Assembly (NCBI GenBank): GCA_964291265.2
Contig: OZ219747.1
Coordinates: 3,808,001-3,872,000 of the forward strand
DNA: 64,000 nt
DNA from: Alphaproteobacteria bacterium
GTDB lineage: Bacteria; Pseudomonadota; Alphaproteobacteria; SP197
Direction of reading: 5' to 3'
A model generated the notes under the pieces. It did no database searches. It was not told where the DNA came from and was given only the letters and a program-made list of their open reading frames with translations. Made by a program: the position numbers and the translations under genes. Below, one piece after another: positions 35,259 to 45,678 of this stretch. Position 1 is the stretch's first letter. Every line of letters begins with the position of its first letter.

Positions 35259-36494
35259 ATGGACATCTGTGCGCTGGGCGAGAAGCCACCCCTCGGAGAG
35301 GTTCCGGATCGCATGCACGTCTTTTGCGTGCGCCAGGACCATTTCGGCGCGCCGCGGGACGCCTGGCGGAGAGAGATCATCGACGTCCCCGATATCGCTG
35401 AGGACGAGGTTCTCGTCTACAACATGGCGACCGGCATCAACTACAACAATGTCTGGGCGGCACTCGGCTATCCCATCGATGTCATCGCCGTGCGCCAGAA
35501 ACAGGGCGAGCCGGAGGATTTTCATGCCGGCGGCTCGGACTGTTCCGGTATCGTCTGGAAGGTGGGTTCCGCCGTCACCAACGTCAAACCGGGCGACGAG
35601 GTCGTGGTTCATTCGGGCTGGTGGCCGGCTGACGACCCGTGGGTGCAGTCAGGACGCGATCCCATGCTGGCCGAAACCACGCGCATCTGGGGCTATCAGA
35701 CCAACTACGGCAGCTATTGCCAGTTCGCCAAGGCCCAGGCCCACCAGTGCCAACCCAAGCCGAAACACCTGTCGTGGGAGGAGGCGGGCTGCTACCTGCT
35801 GTGCGCCTCGACCGCATACCGCATGCTGATGGGCTGGCCTCCCAACACCGTGGAGGAAGGCGACGTGGTTCTCGTCTGGGGAGCTGCAGGCGGCCTTGGA
35901 TCCTATGCCATGCAGATCACCAGGGCCATGGGCGGACGCGCCGTCGCCGTCGTCTCCGACGACAGCAAGCGCCAGTTCTGTCTCGACAACGGCGCCGTCG
36001 GCGCCATCAATCGCAGGGATTTCGATCACTGGGGGCCGATGCCGGATACGTCGAGCCCTGAGTACGGTGCCTGGGTCAAGGGGGCCCGCGCCTTCGGCAA
36101 GGCCATCTGGGAGGCCGTGGGCGAGCGGGTCAGTCCGCGAATCGTCTTTGAACACCCGGGCGAATCGACCCTGCCGACCAGCGGATTCGTCGTCGCCACC
36201 GGTGGCATGGTGGTCATCTGCGCCGGGACCACCGGTTACAACATCACCATGGACCTGCGCTACCACTGGATGCGCCAGAAGCGACTCCAGGGGAGCCATC
36301 TTTCCAACGACGAGCAGGCGGCGGCGGTCAATCAGCTGATGATCGATCGCCGGATCGATCCCTGTCTCTCGCAGACATTCACCTTCGACGAGATCGGCCA
36401 TGCACACCAGCTGATGCATGACAACACCCATGCTTCCGGCAACATGTCCTGCCTCGTCAACGCGACCGAAGCGGGCATGGGACGTTCCACCTGA
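35259..36494 (+). CDS. ccr: Crotonyl-CoA carboxylase/reductase
   Basis: [49 protein letters not shown]. Confidence 0.92.
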   Translation: MDICALGEKPPLGEVPDRMHVFCVRQDHFGAPRDAWRREIIDVPDIAEDEVLVYNMATGINYNNVWAALGYPIDVIAVRQKQGEPEDFHAGGSDCSGIVWKVGSAVTNVKPGDEVVVHSGWWPADDPWVQSGRDPMLAETTRIWGYQTNYGSYCQFAKAQAHQCQPKPKHLSWEEAGCYLLCASTAYRMLMGWPPNTVEEGDVVLVWGAAGGLGSYAMQITRAMGGRAVAVVSDDSKRQFCLDNGAVGAINRRDFDHWGPMPDTSSPEYGAWVKGARAFGKAIWEAVGERVSPRIVFEHPGESTLPTSGFVVATGGMVVICAGTTGYNITMDLRYHWMRQKRLQGSHLSNDEQAAAVNQLMIDRRIDPCLSQTFTFDEIGHAHQLMHDNTHASGNMSCLVNATEAGMGRST

Positions 36495-36513
36495 CCGTCG
36501 CCGACATTCGGGA

Positions 36514-37680
36514 TCAGGAGCCGGCCTGAGCCAGCCGTCTGGCGATGACGGGCATCGTGTCTGCCTCCAGATTGGCGAAGGCGAGGCGGATGTAGTCCTC
36601 CTGGTCGGGACCGAACCAGCTGCCGGGCAACGTCAGGAGACCGTCCTCCACCGCCAGGGCACGAGCCACCTCGACCGCAGCCGTGCCCCGAAACGGATGA
36701 CGGACATAGGCAAAGTAGGCGCCGGCGCTCACCAGTTCCCAGGCCAGGTCGTCACGGGTGCAGGCGCGTGCGAGCGCCTGCGCCCGTTCGCCCATGACCC
36801 CGGCATTGTGGCGCCGCCAGGACTCGAGATGGCGGATGCCGTAGAGCGCCGCTTCCTGACCCAGATGGGGCGGTGAGATCTGAATGCAGTCGCACACCTT
36901 CTCGAGGGCGCCCTGCAGGCGGCCGCCTGCCACCACCGCGCCAACGCGATACCCGGTCAGGCAGTAGACCTTCGAGAAACTGTAGAGATGCACCAGGGTG
37001 TTGCGCCACCGCTCGTCCGTGAAAAGTTCGTGCGGGCGGACGCCGGGAGAGAGAAAGTCGCGGTAGGTCTCGTCGATCACGAGAGCGCACCCCGCCTGCC
37101 TTGCCACCTCGAGAAATCCATGGATAACCTCGGGTGGATAGAGGGCGCCCGTCGGATTGTTCGGCGTGACGAGAACAATGGCTCTCGTCCTTGCGCTGAC
37201 AAGGCGACGGGCCTCGTCGGCATCCGGCACGCCTTCGCGATCCGGGCGAAAACCGAGAGGCACGACGGAGATCCCCAGCATGCGCGCCGTCATCTCGTGA
37301 TTGAAATACCAGGGCACGGGCAGGATGACCTGGTCCCCCTCCCCCGCCAAAGCCAGCATGCTGTTGAAGAACGCCTGGTTGCATCCGGCGGTGATCATGA
37401 CATCCCCCGCATCGACATCACCGCCGTAGAGAGCGTTGATGTCCTCCGCCAGGGCCTCCCTCAGGGGCGGCATGCCGAAAATGCCGGTGTAGCGGGCCGT
37501 CAACCCGTCGCGCGCCCGTTCGGCCACGTGAGCGAGAAGCTCGTCGGGCGGAGGGGATGCGGGAACCGCCTGACAGACATCGATGAGAGACTCCGCCTTC
37601 TCGACGCCTTCGACCCACGTCCAAGCCTCAGGAATAGGCGGCGCCTGGACGATATCGACCCTGTTGTTCGTCTTATACAT
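36514..37680 (-). CDS. Class I/II aminotransferase
   Basis: VTPNNPTG, IDETYRDF, SFSKVYCLTGYRVG. Confidence 0.92.
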   Translation of the reverse strand: MYKTNNRVDIVQAPPIPEAWTWVEGVEKAESLIDVCQAVPASPPPDELLAHVAERARDGLTARYTGIFGMPPLREALAEDINALYGGDVDAGDVMITAGCNQAFFNSMLALAGEGDQVILPVPWYFNHEMTARMLGISVVPLGFRPDREGVPDADEARRLVSARTRAIVLVTPNNPTGALYPPEVIHGFLEVARQAGCALVIDETYRDFLSPGVRPHELFTDERWRNTLVHLYSFSKVYCLTGYRVGAVVAGGRLQGALEKVCDCIQISPPHLGQEAALYGIRHLESWRRHNAGVMGERAQALARACTRDDLAWELVSAGAYFAYVRHPFRGTAAVEVARALAVEDGLLTLPGSWFGPDQEDYIRLAFANLEADTMPVIARRLAQAGS

Positions 37681-38207
37681 CCCCCGCACTCCCCGTCGCG
37701 TCCTCCCATGATCCGCCGGCCCCGCCTCTCGTCAAGCCGGATCGATCGGCTGACACGGGCTCGACTTCCCCTCCAGTCGCCCCTCGAGAGTTGCGAGTTC
37801 TTCCAGGAAGTTCGCGCGGTCGAAGTGGAATCACCGAGAAAGAGAAGAGACAGGGACAGTGCTTGACCTCCCGGCACGCTGATGGTGACTGCTTGAGCGC
37901 ATACCTTCGTCGCTTGAATGGCGCATCAGGATGCACAGGAATGGCATGGGTTCCTCGCGCAAGCTTGCGGACCACCTGGATGGCAGGTCCCATGCCTGGG
38001 TTCGGGAGAGCACATCTCGGGAATTCGACCGGTCCCGGCGCTTCACGCGAACCTGACGGGTGGGCCCGCCTGATCGCCGGTCCGTCGGCAGGGAAACCCA
38101 AGGCAACCGGGTGGCAGGGAAGGATTGCGCCGACCGGCAGGAGTGGAGTTGCCAATCGCCGGGTCTCGTTGTCATGATGGTCCGGAGTATCGCGGGGGCC
38201 CTGACGC

Positions 38208-39347
38208 ATGACCGAGTCCGGCATCACTCTCGGGATCGAGGAAGAGTTCTTTCTCGTCGATCCCGCAACACGGGACATTCTCAACGACCCCGATCCCGCC
38301 ATCTTTGCCGCATGTGAGGAGGCAGCCGGACCGCACCGCGTGGTGCGCGAGGCCCTGCGCACGCAGATCGAGACCAACACGAAGGTCTGCGAATCCGTGG
38401 CGGATCTCCGCGAGGCACTGAAGCAAACGCGGCGCCTGGTCATCACCACGGCCGAACGGTACGGGACGGCAATCATGGCCTCGTCCACCCACCCCTTCGC
38501 GTCGTGGTCGCAGACGGACGTGACGCCGAAGGAGCGCTACAGGACGTTTTCCGCCATGCTCCAGGGATTGCTCAACCGCCTTCTGATCGGCGGCATGCAC
38601 ATCCACGCCGGGTTCGGTGACGCCGACGAACGCATTCGGGTGATGACGGCGATGCGCCGCTATCTGCCGGTCTTCCATGCCCTGTCCGCGTCATCACCCT
38701 TCAGCGATGGACACGAGACGGGATTCCGGTCCTGGCGCCTCGCTCTGTTCAGCGGCCTGCCGCGCGTCGGCATTCCGGCACCGCTGTGGTCGGCCAAGGA
38801 CTACGAGAGTCTCCTCGACCAATACCGGAACATGGGTTTCATCAGCAACGGCAGCGAACTGTGGTGGGACATCCGCCCGTCCCACGCCTATCCGACCATC
38901 GAGATGCGCATCTGTGATGTATGCACGCGGATCGAGGACGCCGTCACCATCGCCGCGCTCTATGCATCCCTGGTGCGCCGGCTGCTGCGGCAGTCCCGCG
39001 AGGGCACGCTTCCCGACGAACCGCTGACCGAAGTCATCACCGAGAACCGCTGGATCGCTCATCGCTACGGCGTGCTGGCCTTCCTCGGCAACATCGAGGC
39101 AGCCCATGGCCGGCTCGACATCGCCGACGCGACCCGAAGCCTCGTCGACGATCTCGCCGACGATGCCCGGGCGCTGGGCTGCGAAGACGAGGTCCGCCGG
39201 GCCATGGCCATCATCGACCACGGCAACAGTGCCGACCGCCAGGTCGACCTCTGGCGCCTGCGCCGGCTGGAAGGAATGGACCGCATGGAGGCCTTCCGGG
39301 CGGTCGTCGATCATGTCATCGGCGAGACCCGGGAGGGAACATGTTGA
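38208..39347 (+). CDS. Carboxylate-amine ligase (YbdK/GCS2 family)
   Basis: TLGIEEEFFLVD, GMHIHAG, LWWDIRP, TIEMRICD. Confidence 0.93.
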   Translation: MTESGITLGIEEEFFLVDPATRDILNDPDPAIFAACEEAAGPHRVVREALRTQIETNTKVCESVADLREALKQTRRLVITTAERYGTAIMASSTHPFASWSQTDVTPKERYRTFSAMLQGLLNRLLIGGMHIHAGFGDADERIRVMTAMRRYLPVFHALSASSPFSDGHETGFRSWRLALFSGLPRVGIPAPLWSAKDYESLLDQYRNMGFISNGSELWWDIRPSHAYPTIEMRICDVCTRIEDAVTIAALYASLVRRLLRQSREGTLPDEPLTEVITENRWIAHRYGVLAFLGNIEAAHGRLDIADATRSLVDDLADDARALGCEDEVRRAMAIIDHGNSADRQVDLWRLRRLEGMDRMEAFRAVVDHVIGETREGTC

Positions 39348-39398
39348 TGGCGGTGCAGACATGATGTGAAATAGGCATGCGGGAGTGAGGGGAGGATC

Positions 39399-40184
39399 AT
39401 GGGCCGAGACACACTGAAGGACCTGGGGGCGACGCGAACGCTCACCCTCGGGCACTATGTCGGGGAGTTTGCGGCCGCCCCCGGCATCGGTCACATCGTG
39501 AAGAACGCCGGCGCCGAGTTCGTGTTCCTCGACATGGAACACTCCGGCATGGGTTTCGAAACCCTCGCCGCTGCCCTGCGCTATTTCGAGGCGGCCGATA
39601 TGCCGGTGGTCGTGAGACCGGCAGCGAAGACGTACGAGCATGTCGCAAGGGCGCTCGATGCCGGGGCCGAGGGCCTGGTGCCACCCATGATGGGGAGCGC
39701 CGCGGAGTGCCGGCGTGTTCTCGACTTCATGAAGTATGCTCCCGATGGCACGCGGGGCGTTGCCCTGGGCATCGCCCATGACAACTACACCGGTGGTGAC
39801 GTCATGGCCAAGCTCCAGGCGGCCAACGACAAGACCAGTCTCTTTGCCCTGATCGAGACCCGCGAGGGAATCGAGAACGTCGAGGAGATCGCCGCCATCG
39901 ACGGCGTGGACTGCCTGTGGGTCGGGCACTTCGACCTGTCATCGTCCCTCGGTGTCCCGGGCCAGTTCGACCACCCGGAATTCGCCCGCGCCATCGATGC
40001 CGTCATCCGGGCAGGCCGCCGTCAAGGCAAGGCGCTGGGCCGCATGTCGATGAGTATCGAGGAGTCCGCGATCCTCGCCCGACAGGGCTTCGACATGATC
40101 GCCTATTCGGGCGATGTCTGGCTGCTCGGCGCCGCCCTGAAGTCCGGTATCGACAGTATTCGCGCACAGTCCGTGAGGGGATGA
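39399..40184 (+). CDS. HpcH/HpaI aldolase family protein
   Basis: FLDMEHS, RALDAGAEG, LIETREG, LWVGHFDLS. Confidence 0.9.
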   Translation: MGRDTLKDLGATRTLTLGHYVGEFAAAPGIGHIVKNAGAEFVFLDMEHSGMGFETLAAALRYFEAADMPVVVRPAAKTYEHVARALDAGAEGLVPPMMGSAAECRRVLDFMKYAPDGTRGVALGIAHDNYTGGDVMAKLQAANDKTSLFALIETREGIENVEEIAAIDGVDCLWVGHFDLSSSLGVPGQFDHPEFARAIDAVIRAGRRQGKALGRMSMSIEESAILARQGFDMIAYSGDVWLLGAALKSGIDSIRAQSVRG

Positions 40185-41236
40185 CGATGTCACGTTTCCG
40201 GGTCGCGTTGAGCAATGACTTCCAGAATCCGGACGGGACTCCGGCCTATCCGATGTTCGATCTTGCACCGCTTGAGAACGACCCGGACATCGATGTCTTC
40301 TATGCCCCGGTGGTCGACAGCGTTGTGCCGGCCTCATCGCTCGGAGAGACCGATGCGCTGATCCTCCTCGGCGCCCGCTTCACCGATGAGAGCGTGCCCG
40401 AAGGCGATCGCCTTTCCATGCTGGCACGCTTCGGCGTGGGCTATGACAATGTCGATGTCGCGGCATGCACCGACAATGCCATTGCCGTCGTCATCACGCC
40501 CGATGGCGTGCGCCGACCGGTGGCTGTCGCGGTGCTGACATTCATCCTGGCGCTGGCCGGCAAGCTCTTCGTCAAGGACCGCCTGACCCGTGCCGGGCCT
40601 GATGGCTGGGCCGAACGCGCCGCTCACATGGGCACCGGCCTCGTCGGCCGCACCCTGGGACAGCTTGGCATCGGCAACATCGGCGCCGAAGTCTTCCGCG
40701 TAGCGCGACCCTTCGACATGACCTTCATCGCCCACGATCCCTTTGCCGACCCGGCGGTTGCCGCTGAACTCGGGGTCGAGCTGGTGTCCCTTGACGACCT
40801 CTTCAGGCGCTCGGACTTCCTGTCGATAAGTTGTCCGCTCAACGACGAAACCCGAGGCCTGGTGGGTGACCGCCTCATCGGCCTCATGAAGCCCACGGCC
40901 TCGCTCATCAACACCGCGCGGGGACCGGTGGTCGACCAGGCTGCTCTCACCCACGCCCTGATCAACGGCGTGATCGCCGGGGCCGGTCTCGACGTCTTCG
41001 AGGACGAACCGACATCTGCCAGCGAGACCCTGGCGACGCTCGACAACGTCATTCTCACACCGCATGCACTGTGCTGGACCGATCAGTGCTTTGCCGGAAA
41101 CGGCGCGGCGGACATCCGCGCCGTCCTTGCGGTCAAGCGCGGGGAGGAACCTTCGGGGATTGTCAATCGCGAGATCCGCGGCCATGACCGATGGCGGCGG
41201 CGCCTCGCGGACTACCAGGCGCGGTTCGGTGAGTGA
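40181..41236 (+). CDS. D-2-hydroxyacid dehydrogenase family protein
   Basis: RFGVGYDNVD, GIGNIG, INTARG, GLDVFEDEP, ILTPH. Confidence 0.92.
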   Translation: MTMSRFRVALSNDFQNPDGTPAYPMFDLAPLENDPDIDVFYAPVVDSVVPASSLGETDALILLGARFTDESVPEGDRLSMLARFGVGYDNVDVAACTDNAIAVVITPDGVRRPVAVAVLTFILALAGKLFVKDRLTRAGPDGWAERAAHMGTGLVGRTLGQLGIGNIGAEVFRVARPFDMTFIAHDPFADPAVAAELGVELVSLDDLFRRSDFLSISCPLNDETRGLVGDRLIGLMKPTASLINTARGPVVDQAALTHALINGVIAGAGLDVFEDEPTSASETLATLDNVILTPHALCWTDQCFAGNGAADIRAVLAVKRGEEPSGIVNREIRGHDRWRRRLADYQARFGE

Positions 41237-41301
41237 ACACGCCGACGCGTTGCAGCCCGGAACATCGGGCTGCATGCAAACCAGACGAGGAGGCTAGCAT
41301 C

Positions 41302-42747
41302 ATGTCGTTACCGGGAAGCAGGCGCCTGCAGGGCGTCGCTTTCGGCCTTGCCCTCGCGGCAGCAGCAGGAACCGCTTTCGCCCAGAGCGCAGCGGACCGG
41401 GCGGTCGAGACGGCCAAGCAGTACGCCGGAGAGACTCTCAACATCACCTGGGAGGCGGGCCTGCAGGCCCTGGATCCCCTCAATCACTCGGGTCCGATCT
41501 GGGAGGAACTGACCGGGGTCAAGATCAATGTCATCGAGATCCCGATCAACGAACTCTTCACCAAGACCATCGCCGAGCACCGCGCCGGAACGGGGGCCTA
41601 CGACATGCTCAATGTCGTTCCGGCCTGGATGCCCGACATGGTCGAGGCCGGGGTGCTCGAACCACTCGATTCCTACATCGACAAGTATGGCTACCGCGAA
41701 GAGTTGCAGGACATCGCACCGACCTATCGCGACAACCAGATGACCTACGGCAACCGGATCTACGGTCTGCCCGATGACGGTGACGTCTTCCTGCTCTACT
41801 ACCGGACCGATCTCTTCGGCGACGAAGCCAACCAGGCGGCCTTCCACGAGGCCTATGGGTATGACCTGGCGCCTCCGAAGACCTGGGACGAGTTCTACGA
41901 CATCTCGAAGTTCTTCACCGATACCGGAGGCGGCGATCTCTACGGGTCGGCGCTGATCCTCTCGCCCGGCCTCGTGCACTACCTCTACGAGATGCGGCTG
42001 AGGACCGCCGGGGCAAGGTTCTTCGATCCGGAAACCATGGACGCGCAGATCAACAGCGACATCGCGGTTGCCGTACTCAAGGACATGGTGCGCCAGCTCG
42101 ACAACATGCCCGCGGGAGCGGCCGGCTGGGGTCCCATCGAGGTTCTCAACGCCTGGCTGGCCGGCGAACTTGCGATGCAGATCTGGTGGCCGCCGCCAGG
42201 ACGCTGGTCGGCGGGGTACGGTGTCGACACGGAAGCGCTTTCCTGGCTTCCCGAGTCGACCATTGCCGGCAATGTCGGTTACGCGCTGCCGCCTGGCGGG
42301 CACTCCGAACTCGCCGCGGGTTTTGCGCTGTGCGTGTCGTCGAATTCCGGGAAGAAGGAACTCGCGTACCTGTTTGCGCAGTGGCTCAACAGCCGGGACT
42401 TCAGCATCTCCCGGGTCACGCTTCCCTTCGCGCTGCGTGATCCCTTCCGCACGTCCCATTTCAACAGCGACGAGTACAAGGCACTGTGGCCGGCGGCCGA
42501 GGACTACCTTGCCGCACTCGAAGACGCGGCGGAGACCGGGCTTCTCGATCTCTCGATCATCGACACCTTCGCCTACGAGGAGTCGCTGACCCGTGCCGTT
42601 GTCGCGGCGCTGTCGGGTCAGGATGCGCGCACGGTTCTCGACCAGGCGGCCGCAGAATGGAACGAGATCACCGAGGAGATCGGTATCGACGATCAGCGGG
42701 AGGCCTACCTGGTCTGGTCGTCCAAGCCGGGCGCCTATCCGAACTAG
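41302..42747 (+). CDS. Carbohydrate ABC transporter substrate-binding protein
   Basis: Signal peptide, LYYRTDLF, PPKTWDEF; adjacent to CUT1 permeases. Confidence 0.88.
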   Translation: MSLPGSRRLQGVAFGLALAAAAGTAFAQSAADRAVETAKQYAGETLNITWEAGLQALDPLNHSGPIWEELTGVKINVIEIPINELFTKTIAEHRAGTGAYDMLNVVPAWMPDMVEAGVLEPLDSYIDKYGYREELQDIAPTYRDNQMTYGNRIYGLPDDGDVFLLYYRTDLFGDEANQAAFHEAYGYDLAPPKTWDEFYDISKFFTDTGGGDLYGSALILSPGLVHYLYEMRLRTAGARFFDPETMDAQINSDIAVAVLKDMVRQLDNMPAGAAGWGPIEVLNAWLAGELAMQIWWPPPGRWSAGYGVDTEALSWLPESTIAGNVGYALPPGGHSELAAGFALCVSSNSGKKELAYLFAQWLNSRDFSISRVTLPFALRDPFRTSHFNSDEYKALWPAAEDYLAALEDAAETGLLDLSIIDTFAYEESLTRAVVAALSGQDARTVLDQAAAEWNEITEEIGIDDQREAYLVWSSKPGAYPN

Positions 42748-42816
42748 TCCGGCAGACGTGGCGGCCGGAATGCCGGGGACAATCCGGCCTCCACGTCATG
42801 GGGCGTTGTCCATGTC

Positions 42817-43728
42817 ATGAGCGTCCGATCCGGACCAGGCGAGGTCTCGGCCCTCGATCTCTTTGCCGACAGGCATTTCCGCTGGCTGATTGTTTGGCCG
42901 GCGATCCTCGTCCTGCTCCTTGTCGGCCTCTTTCCGGTGATCTATTCGCTGATCGTCAGCTTCCAGAGGATCACCCGTCGTGTCACCGACACCTCCTTCC
43001 ACGGATTCTACAACTACGAACGCCTGCTCGGGGATGAACGATTCTGGGATGCGGTGTTCAACACCGCCACCATCACCATCATCGCCCTGCCGCTACAACT
43101 GATCTTCGGCCTGGCCCTCGCCCGCCTGTTCCTCGACAGTTTTCCGGGCCGCCAGATCCTGATCGCCGTCGTCCTGCTGCCGGCCGTCATCGCGCCGTTC
43201 GTCTCGGGCGCCATCTGGCGGCTGATGTTCGACAACATCTTCGGTTCGGTCAACGAGATCGTGCGCCTGATCGTTGGCGACTTCGACCTCATCTGGCTCG
43301 TCAACAGCGACCCGGTCGTCGTCTTCAGCACCATTCTCATCGCCGAGATCTGGCAATGGACGCCGTTCATGTTTCTGATTCTTCTGGCGGCGTGGACCAA
43401 CGTGGACCGCTCCCAGATCGAGGCCGCCGAAATCGATGGCGCATCGGGCTGGAGGACCTTTCGACACATCGTGCTGCCCGCCATCCGCCCGGTCATCTTC
43501 GTTGCGCTCACGATCCGCGGCCTCGATCTCGTGCGCTTGTTCGATGTCGTGTGGGGACTGACGCGCGGCGGGCCTGGCAACATGACCGAGACCATCACCA
43601 TCTATGCCTACATCAAGGGATTCGAGATGTTCAACATCTCGCTCACCGCGGCCTTCACCTTCACGGTCATCATCGCGCTTTCCCTTCTCATGATGATCGT
43701 GCTCAGGCGGGTGGCCATCACGGCATGA
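42817..43728 (+). CDS. Carbohydrate ABC transporter permease
   Basis: WQWTPF, EAAEIDGA (EAA motif). Confidence 0.92.
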   Translation: MSVRSGPGEVSALDLFADRHFRWLIVWPAILVLLLVGLFPVIYSLIVSFQRITRRVTDTSFHGFYNYERLLGDERFWDAVFNTATITIIALPLQLIFGLALARLFLDSFPGRQILIAVVLLPAVIAPFVSGAIWRLMFDNIFGSVNEIVRLIVGDFDLIWLVNSDPVVVFSTILIAEIWQWTPFMFLILLAAWTNVDRSQIEAAEIDGASGWRTFRHIVLPAIRPVIFVALTIRGLDLVRLFDVVWGLTRGGPGNMTETITIYAYIKGFEMFNISLTAAFTFTVIIALSLLMMIVLRRVAITA

Positions 43729-44570
43729 GGAAGCAGCGCGCCTGGTACCGGCGGCGCGACCGCGGGGCGACCGCGTCGCGCATGGCAGCCGCCCTGCTGA
43801 TCGCCATCGCCTTCGCCTTTCCCGTCTATTGGCTCTTCATCATGGCGATCAAGACACCGGAGGAGGTCTTCGCCTCGCCTCCGGTGTGGTGGCCCTCGAC
43901 GTTCAGCCTCGAGAATTTTTCCGTCCTCTTCCGCGACGGCGACGTCATCGCCATCTGGAACAGCATGGTGATCGCCGGCTGCTCGACAGTCATCGCCATG
44001 TTCCTCGGCACCGCCGCCGCCTACAGCATCGCCCGCTATCGCACCGGAGGCGACAATCTCGCGATCTGGATCATCTCGCAGCGCATGATCCCGCCAATCG
44101 CCATCGCCTTTCCGGTGTTCCTGCTCTACGCGTTCGTCGGCCTTGTCGACACCTACCTCGGCCTGATCGTGCTCTACACCGCCTTCAATCTCCCCTATGT
44201 CATCTGGATGATGCGCGGCTATGTCGAAGACGTCCCTCTCGAACTCGAGGAGAGCGCCCTTGTCGACGGACTGAATCGCTGGCAGATGCTGTACCGGGTG
44301 GTGTTCCCCATGGTGCGCACGGGGATGTTTGCCACGGCTGTCTTCACCTTCATCTTTGCCTGGAACGAGTTCCTGTTCGCGCTCATCCTGACGCGCACGG
44401 ACGTCACAACCTTCCCGGTCCAGCTCAGCCACTACTTCGGACAACAACAGCTGTTCTGGGCCAAGATCGGCGCCATGTCGGTTCTGGGCACCATTCCCGT
44501 CTTCCTGACAGTGGCGATGGCCCAGCGCCTGCTGGTACGGGGCATGTCACTGGGTGCGGTGAAGGGGTGA
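43725..44570 (+). CDS. Carbohydrate ABC transporter permease
   Basis: [28 protein letters not shown]. Confidence 0.92.
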   Translation: MRKQRAWYRRRDRGATASRMAAALLIAIAFAFPVYWLFIMAIKTPEEVFASPPVWWPSTFSLENFSVLFRDGDVIAIWNSMVIAGCSTVIAMFLGTAAAYSIARYRTGGDNLAIWIISQRMIPPIAIAFPVFLLYAFVGLVDTYLGLIVLYTAFNLPYVIWMMRGYVEDVPLELEESALVDGLNRWQMLYRVVFPMVRTGMFATAVFTFIFAWNEFLFALILTRTDVTTFPVQLSHYFGQQQLFWAKIGAMSVLGTIPVFLTVAMAQRLLVRGMSLGAVKG

Positions 44571-44571
44571 C

Positions 44572-45678
44572 ATGAGCGATCTGACACTCAGCGACGTGCA
44601 CAAGTACTACGGCGACGTCCATGCCGTGAGGGGCGTCAGCCTCGACGTTGCCGAGGGCGCCTTCACCGTGCTGGTCGGGCCGTCAGGGTGCGGCAAGTCA
44701 ACCCTGCTGCGCATGATCGCCGGGCTCGAGGAAATCGATTCCGGCGACATCGTCATCGGCGGCCGGGTGGTGAACCGGCTGCGTCCCAGGGACCGCGACA
44801 TCGCCATGGTGTTCCAGAACTATGCTCTCTATCCCTACCTGACGGTCTTCGACAACATCGCCTTCGGCCTGAGGGCACACCGCGTCAGCGAACCGGATGT
44901 CGCCCGACGTGTCCGGGAGACTGCCGCCATGCTCGGTATCGCGGACCTCCTCGAACGCCACCCACGCCAGCTCTCCGGCGGGCAGCGCCAGCGGGTGGCC
45001 ATCGGGCGCGCCATTGTGCGCGATGCCGGACTCTTCCTCTTCGACGAGCCTCTCTCGAATCTCGATGCGCAGCTGCGCGACGAGATGCGCGCCGAACTCA
45101 AGCGCCTTCACCAGGACATCGGCAAGACCATGATCTATGTCACCCACGACCAGATCGAGGCCATGACGCTGGCCGACCGCATCGTGCTTCTCAACGAGGG
45201 CCGGATCGAGCAGGAAGGCGCGCCTCTCGATCTCTTCGAACGCCCGCGCACACGCTTTGTCGCCGGTTTCCTCGGCTCTCCGCAAATGAACTTCATCCAT
45301 GCGACCGCCACGAGGGACGGGGCCGTTGCCGGCTTTCGCCTCGATGCCGGGAACACGCTCTCCCTGGAGCACGCTCCCGCCGCCATCACCGATGGCAAGG
45401 CGGTCGTGCTCGGCATCCGGCCCGAACACTTCAGCCGCGACGACTCCAGGCCGCACTGCCAGCCCCTCGACGTGGTGATCGACCTTGTCCAGCCCACGGG
45501 AACCCGCACCCATATCCAGTTCCCGGTCGGCGGCCGGCAGGTGACGGCGGAACTCGGGGCTCACGATGTCGAGCCCCCCGGCACCCGTGTGCGTCTCATG
45601 GTCGACATGCGACGCCTGGTGCTGATCGATCCCTCAACCGATCGTGTGATCGACATGGAAGGAGGTCGTGGACCATGA
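44572..45678 (+). CDS. Carbohydrate ABC transporter ATP-binding protein (MalK-like)
   Basis: [25 protein letters not shown]. Confidence 0.95.
   Translation: MSDLTLSDVHKYYGDVHAVRGVSLDVAEGAFTVLVGPSGCGKSTLLRMIAGLEEIDSGDIVIGGRVVNRLRPRDRDIAMVFQNYALYPYLTVFDNIAFGLRAHRVSEPDVARRVRETAAMLGIADLLERHPRQLSGGQRQRVAIGRAIVRDAGLFLFDEPLSNLDAQLRDEMRAELKRLHQDIGKTMIYVTHDQIEAMTLADRIVLLNEGRIEQEGAPLDLFERPRTRFVAGFLGSPQMNFIHATATRDGAVAGFRLDAGNTLSLEHAPAAITDGKAVVLGIRPEHFSRDDSRPHCQPLDVVIDLVQPTGTRTHIQFPVGGRQVTAELGAHDVEPPGTRVRLMVDMRRLVLIDPSTDRVIDMEGGRGP

Noticed and set aside
38000-38100. TPP riboswitch-like words (gaacctga, agggaa)
   Set aside because: Lacks the CTGAGA and TAAT core, and no thiamine genes lie downstream
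44688-45674. N-terminal extension of the 993-aa ORF
   Set aside because: Off-frame overlap with the ABC ATPase; the real start is ATG 45675 after GGAGG
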